Assembly: GCF_035476535.1 (NCBI RefSeq)
Contig: NZ_DATILJ010000014.1
Coordinates: forward strand, 602 to 64,601
Reading direction: 5' to 3'
Length of the DNA: 64,000 nucleotides
Source of the DNA: Aquabacterium sp.
Lineage (GTDB): Bacteria > Pseudomonadota > Gammaproteobacteria > Burkholderiales > Burkholderiaceae_C
Shown here: positions 55,559 through 64,000 of the stretch, piece after piece
Layout: each line of letters opens with the position of its first letter
How positions within the stretch are numbered: position 1 is the first letter of the stretch
Program-made: the position numbers and the translations under genes
Notes under the pieces: generated by a model
Seen by the model: only the letters and a program-made list of their open reading frames with translations
Database searches by the model: none
What the model was told of the DNA's origin: nothing

Positions 55559-58099
55559 TTGAAAACCAAGATCACGCGCCGCGGAGTACCGTTTTCACCC
55601 GAAGTGGCTGATCTGGTCAGCCGCATGCCGGCCGTCGATGAGTACCGCGAATCGATGCTGCGGCTGCAGGGCCTGTGGGACAGCCTGGCCATGCTGGGCC
55701 AGATGAGCGGCACCGTGCCCGACATCGGCGGCACGCGCAGCGAATTCCAGTCACTGACCGAAACCCTGCTCGACAGCCTGGCGCGCAGCCTGCTGGCCAA
55801 CGCCGTGCAGCAGATGCGCGGCCAGGCCCAGGTGGCCATCGACATCCTGGTGCGCAACCTGTTCGAGCGCACGGCCGACGTCGGCTTCCTGTCGTCGGAC
55901 AGCGATCTGGTGGGCTTCACCGCCGCGGCCGACGGCAGCGCGACCGGCCGCGAGGCCATCGAATCCCGCTTTCGCGACTACGTGGCCAAGTACTCGGTCT
56001 ACGACGACATCGTGGTGCTGAACCCGCAGGGCCAGGTGCTGGCGCGACTGGACCGCCAGGTGCAGGCCACGACCTGCCACGAGCCCTGGCTGGCCCAGGC
56101 CGCACAGGCCAGCAGTTATGTCGAACGCTTCGGTCCCAGCACGCTGATGGATGGCCGCACCGCGCTGCTGTTTGCGCAGGCCATCCGCAACGAACGCGGC
56201 GTGGCCGGCGTGCTGTGCCTGTCGTTCCGCTTCGACGACGAGATGCACGGCATCTTCTCGCAGCTGCGCGATCCGGCCGGCCGCAGCGTGATCACCTTGA
56301 TCGACGCCGATCGTCGCGTGGTCGCCAGCTCCGACCCCTGGCAACTGCCGCTGGGCGCGCAACTGCCTGGCAAGCCGGGCGGGGCTGAGCACCAGCGCCT
56401 GCGCTTTGCCGGCCGCGACTACCTCAGCGTGAACACCGCGGCCACCGGTTATGAGGGTTATCTCGGCCCGGGCTGGCGCGCCTGCGTGCTGGTGTCCACC
56501 GAGCTGGCCTTCGAAGGGGCGCACGACAGCGAGCCCGGCCAGCGCGACCAGGCGATCGACGGCCTGGTCGGCGCGCTGGACACGCACGAGTTGTTCGCCG
56601 AGGAGCTGCACCGCATCCCGCGCCATGCCGCACGCATCCAGCGTGACCTGTCGCGCGTGCTGTGGAACGGCCGGCTGCGTCCGGCGGCCCAGGGCGCCGG
56701 CAACGGCGGTGGCAACGACTTCGCCGGCACGCTGCTGCGCGAAGTGGGCAACACCGGCGAGCAGATCCGCCTGCTGTTCGCGCAGGCCACCGGCAACCTG
56801 CACCGCTCAGCCCTGGGCGCGGTGTTCGACATCGCCCGCGCCCGCGCGCGGCTGGCCGTCGACATCATGGACCGCAACCTCTACGAGCGCGCCAACGATT
56901 GCCGCTGGTGGGCGCTGAACGGCGATCTGCGCCAGCAGCTGGCGCTGCCGCCCGATCAGCGCGATGCCGGCCGCGCGGCCGCCGTGCTGCAGAACATCAA
57001 CCGGCTGTACACGGTGTATTCGCTGCTGCTGCTGTTCGATGCACAGGGCCAGGTCGTGGCGGTGTCGCAGCCCGGCGCGCAGGACTGGGTTGGCCGCGGC
57101 CTCGACGCCGCCTGGCTGCAGCCCACGCTGGCGCTGCGCGAGGGCCAGGCCTTCCAGATGTCGTCGCATCAGCCCAGCGCGCTGTATGCCGATGAGCCCA
57201 CCTATGTCTACGCGGCGGCCGTGCTGCCGCCAGCCGGTGGCGCGGCCTTGGGCGGCATCGCCATCGTCTTCGACGGCACGCCGCAATTCGCCGCGATGCT
57301 GCGCGACGTGCTGCCGGCCGCGGCCGACGGCACGCCGCTGCCCGGTTGCAGCGCGCTCTTCGTCACCCGCAGCGGCCAGGTCGTCGCCAGCACCGATGCG
57401 CGCTGGCCGGTCGGCAGCACCGCGCCGCTGCTGCCGCAGGCCCTGGCGCGCGGTCAGGCGATGACCACGGTGATCGACATCGACGGCGTGGCCCATGCCG
57501 CGGCGTTCAGCATGGCCGGCGGCTACCGCGAATACCACGGCAATGCGCAGTGCCCCGGCGACGACGCGGCCGCGCTGGTGCTGATGCGCCTGGGACAGCG
57601 CCTGCCGCAGATCGACACGGCGGTGCCGGCCTTTGTGCCGCCGCCGGCGCCGCGCAGCGCATCGAACGATGCCGGGCAGGAGATTGCCTCCTTCGTGGCC
57701 GGCAACCAGTGGCTGGGGCTGCCGGTCGCGCAGGTGCACACCGCCCTGGAACACCCGCGCATCGCGGCGCTGCCCGGGCTGCCGGCGCATGTGCTGGGCA
57801 TGCTGCCCTTCGAGGGCCGCATGATCATGGCCATCGACCTCGGCGCGGTGCGCGGCGGCCCGCTGTCACCGGTCGATGCACCGGTGATCGTGCTGCACAC
57901 CGCCGGCGGCCAGCGCATGGCCTTGCGGGTGCAGGAACTCGGGCCGGTGTTCATCGCTGCGCGTGCCGATCTGCAGCCGGTGGCGCTGGGCGGCCCCGGC
58001 AGCGCCGGCCACGGCGACAAGCTGGTGCGCAGCGACGGCCAGATGCTGACGCTGCTGGATGCCGAGCGGCTTTACGGGCTCTGCGGCCTGGCCGCCTGA
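55559..58099 (+). CDS. Cytoplasmic protein with two tandem Cache-like sensor modules and a C-terminal CheW-like domain
   Basis: TTG 55559 is preceded by GAGGA (4-nt spacer); alternative ATG at 55625. Module 1 lies about 55631-56503 ([19 protein letters not shown]...). Module 2 lies about 56591-57598 ([21 protein letters not shown]...). The CheW-like domain lies about 57671-58078 ([15 protein letters not shown]...[24 protein letters not shown]...[18 protein letters not shown]...[10 protein letters not shown]). No TM helix or signal peptide. Confidence 0.75.
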   Translation: MKTKITRRGVPFSPEVADLVSRMPAVDEYRESMLRLQGLWDSLAMLGQMSGTVPDIGGTRSEFQSLTETLLDSLARSLLANAVQQMRGQAQVAIDILVRNLFERTADVGFLSSDSDLVGFTAAADGSATGREAIESRFRDYVAKYSVYDDIVVLNPQGQVLARLDRQVQATTCHEPWLAQAAQASSYVERFGPSTLMDGRTALLFAQAIRNERGVAGVLCLSFRFDDEMHGIFSQLRDPAGRSVITLIDADRRVVASSDPWQLPLGAQLPGKPGGAEHQRLRFAGRDYLSVNTAATGYEGYLGPGWRACVLVSTELAFEGAHDSEPGQRDQAIDGLVGALDTHELFAEELHRIPRHAARIQRDLSRVLWNGRLRPAAQGAGNGGGNDFAGTLLREVGNTGEQIRLLFAQATGNLHRSALGAVFDIARARARLAVDIMDRNLYERANDCRWWALNGDLRQQLALPPDQRDAGRAAAVLQNINRLYTVYSLLLLFDAQGQVVAVSQPGAQDWVGRGLDAAWLQPTLALREGQAFQMSSHQPSALYADEPTYVYAAAVLPPAGGAALGGIAIVFDGTPQFAAMLRDVLPAAADGTPLPGCSALFVTRSGQVVASTDARWPVGSTAPLLPQALARGQAMTTVIDIDGVAHAAAFSMAGGYREYHGNAQCPGDDAAALVLMRLGQRLPQIDTAVPAFVPPPAPRSASNDAGQEIASFVAGNQWLGLPVAQVHTALEHPRIAALPGLPAHVLGMLPFEGRMIMAIDLGAVRGGPLSPVDAPVIVLHTAGGQRMALRVQELGPVFIAARADLQPVALGGPGSAGHGDKLVRSDGQMLTLLDAERLYGLCGLAA

Positions 58100-58121
58100 C
58101 GCAGGAAAGCCAGCCGGGTCT

Positions 58122-58694
58122 TCATAGGCCTGCCGGGGCGTCGTTGAACGGCTCGATGCCTGGCGGCCGGGGATGCAGCCGCGCCATCGACAGTGCATCG
58201 ACATAGGCCCCATCGCGCAAGGCGTAGCCGCGGTGCAGGCCCTCCTGCCGGAAGCCGAAGCGCTGGTACAGCGCGATCGCGCGGGCATTGTCGGCATACA
58301 CCGACAACTCCAGGCGCAGCACCTGGCCCCAGTTGTCGCACCAGTCGCACAGTGCCTGCATCAGCGCCGTGCCAACGCCCTGGCCCTGCGCCTCGCTCCG
58401 CACCGAGATGCCCATCATCATCACGTGCCGGCGCCGCACGGCCACGCCGGCCGGGTGCAGTCCGGCGCTGCCGACCACCTCCGGCATGCCATCGGCCCCG
58501 GGCCGCTCGGCCACCAGCATCAGGTCGGGCTTGCCGGGCGCCAGCAGATCGCCCAGGCGCGCGCGCCAGGCTTCTTCGCTGGTATAGGGCACCTGCATCA
58601 GCTGGCGCAGCACGGCGGGATCGCCCATCGTGCGCGCGAAGGCCGCGGCATCGGCCAGCACGGCACGGCGCACGGTGATGGGCGCCGCACTCAT
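58122..58694 (-). CDS. GNAT-family N-acetyltransferase
   Basis: ATG 58694. ITVRRAVLADAAAFA...; acetyl-CoA motif VRSEAQGQGVGTALMQALCDW...; YADNARAIALYQRFGFRQEG. Confidence 0.8.
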   Translation of the reverse strand: MSAAPITVRRAVLADAAAFARTMGDPAVLRQLMQVPYTSEEAWRARLGDLLAPGKPDLMLVAERPGADGMPEVVGSAGLHPAGVAVRRRHVMMMGISVRSEAQGQGVGTALMQALCDWCDNWGQVLRLELSVYADNARAIALYQRFGFRQEGLHRGYALRDGAYVDALSMARLHPRPPGIEPFNDAPAGL

Positions 58695-58712
58695 GTCAGC
58701 ACCGCCGGGCAG

Positions 58713-58774
58713 CCTCAAGGGGCTGACGCTCCCCCTCGGGGGGCAGCGAACAGGGTGAGCGTGGGGGCCACATG

Positions 58775-58777
<3 letters not shown>
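58713..58777. repeat. REP-like intergenic repeat, copy B
   Basis: CCTCAAGG..CCCCCTCGGGGGG..GGGGGCCACATGTCA. The core and end blocks are identical to copy A. It abuts or overlaps the alaS stop codon (58775-58777). Confidence 0.5.
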
Positions 58778-61414
<2,637 letters not shown>

Positions 61415-61550
61415 AGGGCGATTCTAGCCACCGACCCTGTGCGGCCGCGGGCGCCGAGGGCCACTATCGGGAAGCACCTACCGCCTGCACCTCCATGCAG
61501 GCCTTACATTCCTGAGCTGTTTCGCGCATCCACTCAACAAGGGAGATTCG

Positions 61551-62552
61551 ATGAGGACGTTCTGGCTGAAGACGCTCAGCTTCGCACTGGCCGCCTGCGG
61601 TCTGGCCGGCAGTGCTGCGGCGGCCCCCTGGGAACCGAGCAAGCCGGTCGAGTTCGTGGTGCCGGCCGGCACCGGTGGCGGCGCCGACCAGATGGCGCGC
61701 TTCATCCAGGGCGTGGTCGTCAAGCATCAGCTGATGAAGCAATCGATCATCGTCGTCAACAAGAGCGGCGGTGCGGGCGCGGAAGGCTTTCTGGACGTCA
61801 AGGGTTCGAAGGGTGAACCGCACAAGCTGATCATCACGCTGTCCAACCTGTTCACCACCCCGCTGGCCACCGGCGTGCCCTTCAACTGGCGCGACATGAC
61901 GCCGGTGTCGATGATGGCGCTGGACCAGTTCGTGCTGTGGGTCAATGCCGAGTCGCCGTACAAGACCGCCAAGGACTTCCTCGAGGCGCTGAAGAGCAGC
62001 CCGCCCAACACCATCAAGATGGGCGGCACCGGCTCGAAGCAGGAAGACCAAATCATCACCGTGATGCTGGAGGGCCTGGCCGGCAAGAAGATGACCTACA
62101 TCCCGTACAAGGGCGGCGGCGAGGTGGCGGTGCAACTGGTGGGCAAGCACATCACCTCCACCGTGAACAACCCGATCGAGGCTGAGTCGCACTGGCGCGC
62201 CGGCAAGCTGCGCGCGCTGTGCGTGTTCGATTCGGTGAAGCTGCCCTACCCCACCAAGCTCTCGCACGGCATGTCGTGGCAGGACGTTCCCACCTGCACC
62301 TCCGCCGGCATCCCGATGGAGTATGTGATGCTGCGCGGCATCTTCATGCCCCCGGGTGCAACGCCCGAGCAACTGGCCTTCTACGTCGACCTGATGGCCA
62401 AGGTGCGGGCCACGCCGGAGTGGAAGGACTTCATGGAAAAGGGCGCCTTCCGCCAGACCGCGCTGACCGGCGAGGCCTACTTCAACTGGCTGGGCAAGAA
62501 CGAGCAGATGCACCGCGAGCTGATGAAGCAGGCCGGCTTCATCGCACAGTAA
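61551..62552 (+). CDS. tctC: Bug-family (TctC-like) tripartite tricarboxylate transporter substrate-binding protein, copy 1
   Basis: Signal peptide, then WEPSKPVEFVVPAGTGGGADQMARF, GTGSKQEDQ, YKGGGE and VNNPIEA. Confidence 0.88.
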   Translation: MRTFWLKTLSFALAACGLAGSAAAAPWEPSKPVEFVVPAGTGGGADQMARFIQGVVVKHQLMKQSIIVVNKSGGAGAEGFLDVKGSKGEPHKLIITLSNLFTTPLATGVPFNWRDMTPVSMMALDQFVLWVNAESPYKTAKDFLEALKSSPPNTIKMGGTGSKQEDQIITVMLEGLAGKKMTYIPYKGGGEVAVQLVGKHITSTVNNPIEAESHWRAGKLRALCVFDSVKLPYPTKLSHGMSWQDVPTCTSAGIPMEYVMLRGIFMPPGATPEQLAFYVDLMAKVRATPEWKDFMEKGAFRQTALTGEAYFNWLGKNEQMHRELMKQAGFIAQ

Positions 62553-62564
62553 GGCAGACCCACG

Positions 62565-63605
62565 ATGACAGCAGTACCCCCGGCGCGACGGTTCCTCGCC
62601 CGCCTGACCCCGGCGCTGCGCGCGCTGGCCTGCACACTGACCGCTGGCGCGCTGCTGGCCGCGGCGCCAGCGGCCCGGGCCTGGGAGCCCACCCAGCCGG
62701 TGGAACTGGTGGTACCGGCAGGCACCGGCGGCGGCGCCGACCAAATGGCGCGCTTCATCCAGGACATGGTCGCCAAGCATGGCCTGATGCGCCAGACCAT
62801 CCGCGTCGTCAACAAGCCCGGCAATTCGGGCGCCGAGGGCCTGATGGACGTCAAGGCCGACAAGGGCAACCCGCACAAGCTGATCATCACGCTGTCCAGC
62901 CTGTTCACCGTGCCGCTGGCCACCGGCATCAGCTTCAACTGGCGCGACATCACGCCGGTCTCGATGCTGGCGCTCGACCAGTTCGTGTTGTGGGTGAGCG
63001 CCGATTCGAGCTACAAGACCGCACCCGAGCTGCTGGCCGCGATGCGGCAGAAGGGCCACAACGGCTTCAAGCTCGGCGGCACCGGCAGCAAGCAGGAAGA
63101 CCAGCTGATCAGCGTGCTGCTGGAAACCGCGGCCGGCACGCGCATCCAGTACGTGCCGTTGAAGGGCGGCGGCGACGTGGCCAAGTCGCTGGCCGCCGGC
63201 GATGTGGACATGACGGTCAACAACCCGATCGAAGCCGAAGGCCTGTGGCGCGGCGGCAAGCTGCGGCCGCTGTGCGTGTTCGACGGCGGCCCGCTGGCCT
63301 ACCCGGCCAAGCTGTCGAACGGCCAGGCCTGGAGCGACATCCCCACGTGCATGTCCGCCGCCATCCCGGCGCAGTACCTGATGCTGCGCGGCATCTTCAT
63401 GACGCCGCAGGCCACGCCGGACCAGGTGGCGTTCTATGTCCAGCTGCTGTCCAAGGTGCGCGCGTTGCCCGAGTGGCGCGACTTCATGGCCAAGGGCGCC
63501 TTCCGCCAGACCGCCCTCAGCGGCCAGCCCTACCTCGAGTGGCTGGACCGTGCCGAGAGCTATCACCGCGTGCTGATGCGTGAAGCCAGGCTGATCGCCA
63601 AGTAA
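62565..63605 (+). CDS. tctC: Bug-family (TctC-like) substrate-binding protein, copy 2 (tandem paralogue)
   Basis: About two-thirds of residues are identical to copy 1 by eye. Same motifs: WEPTQPVELVVPAGTGGGADQMARF, GTGSKQEDQ, LKGGGD, VNNPIEA. Confidence 0.88.
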   Translation: MTAVPPARRFLARLTPALRALACTLTAGALLAAAPAARAWEPTQPVELVVPAGTGGGADQMARFIQDMVAKHGLMRQTIRVVNKPGNSGAEGLMDVKADKGNPHKLIITLSSLFTVPLATGISFNWRDITPVSMLALDQFVLWVSADSSYKTAPELLAAMRQKGHNGFKLGGTGSKQEDQLISVLLETAAGTRIQYVPLKGGGDVAKSLAAGDVDMTVNNPIEAEGLWRGGKLRPLCVFDGGPLAYPAKLSNGQAWSDIPTCMSAAIPAQYLMLRGIFMTPQATPDQVAFYVQLLSKVRALPEWRDFMAKGAFRQTALSGQPYLEWLDRAESYHRVLMREARLIAK

Positions 63606-63659
63606 AGCCTGCCCTCGCCGCTTCCGGGTCGCCCGACCCGCCGTTCCCAAGGAGTATTC

Positions 63660-64000
63660 GTGCCCGACATCCCCGAGAAGGACTCCGCGGCCGTGGCCAC
63701 GCGCTGGCCGGAACTGCTGGTGGCGCTGACGCTGCTGGTGCTGGCGCTGCTGGTCATCGTCGACAGCGTGCGGGTTGGCCACGGCTGGGCTGATGACGGG
63801 CCGCGTGCCGGCTACTTTCCGTTCTACATCGGCATCGGCCTGGCCGCCGTGAGCTTGGTGCTGATCGTCGACCAGCTGCGGCGCTGGCGCCAGGACCAAC
63901 GCGTGTTCGTGCTGCGCCAGGAAGCGGCCGGCGTCATCGCCGTGGCCTGGCCGATGGTTGTGTATGTCGCACTGATCTGGCCGCTGGGCATCTACGTCGC
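63660..64000 (+). CDS. tctB: TctB-family small membrane subunit of a tripartite tricarboxylate transporter; 3' end outside the window
   Basis: GTG 63660 with AAGGAG 5 nt upstream. ELLVALTLLVLALLVIVDSVRVG...GPRAGYFPFYIGIGLAAVSLVLIV is typical of TctB. Open to the window edge. Confidence 0.7.
   Translation, partial: MPDIPEKDSAAVATRWPELLVALTLLVLALLVIVDSVRVGHGWADDGPRAGYFPFYIGIGLAAVSLVLIVDQLRRWRQDQRVFVLRQEAAGVIAVAWPMVVYVALIWPLGIYV

Overview
This is a high-GC (about 68-70% by eye), gene-dense chromosomal segment. It most resembles a Burkholderiales-type betaproteobacterium: tandem Bug/TctC binding proteins, KorCAB, dapA-bamC, parE/parC and a CioAB-like bd oxidase. I resolve about 50 protein-coding genes. 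I also find one convincing bidirectional intrinsic terminator, one good unidirectional terminator, a few hairpins and palindromes, and a small family of ~55-65 bp intergenic repeats. I saw no rRNA, tRNA, CRISPR array, integrase or transposase. Many of the longest ORFs in the track (800-1100 aa, Arg/Ala/Gly/Pro-rich) are antisense or out-of-frame artefacts of the GC content, and several real genes start well inside their track ORFs. I re-derived those starts from start codons, Shine-Dalgarno (SD) motifs and stop/start overlaps.

Most noteworthy observations:
1. A ~10 kb minus-strand supercluster (6981-16761) carries two paralogous circularly-permuted ATP-grasp / alpha-E / transglutaminase modules. 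This family is predicted to be a peptide ligase/peptidase system with no known substrate. The cluster is translationally coupled to comEC.
2. An 846-aa cytoplasmic protein has two tandem Cache-like sensor modules fused to a lone CheW domain, with no che genes nearby.
3. parE and parC are split by a cassette encoding a secreted S8 protease, a GNAT and a secreted protein built of three 54-residue four-cysteine repeats.
4. A 44-codon membrane-protein gene not listed in the track overlaps both neighbours (stop/start overlaps).
5. An orphan RTX protein has a type I secretion C-terminal target domain but no transporter in the window.
6. A perfect 8-2-8 palindrome sits in an AT-rich island upstream of the GbsR-type regulator and cioAB.

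All family assignments come from reading the translations and from memory. None was checked against a database.
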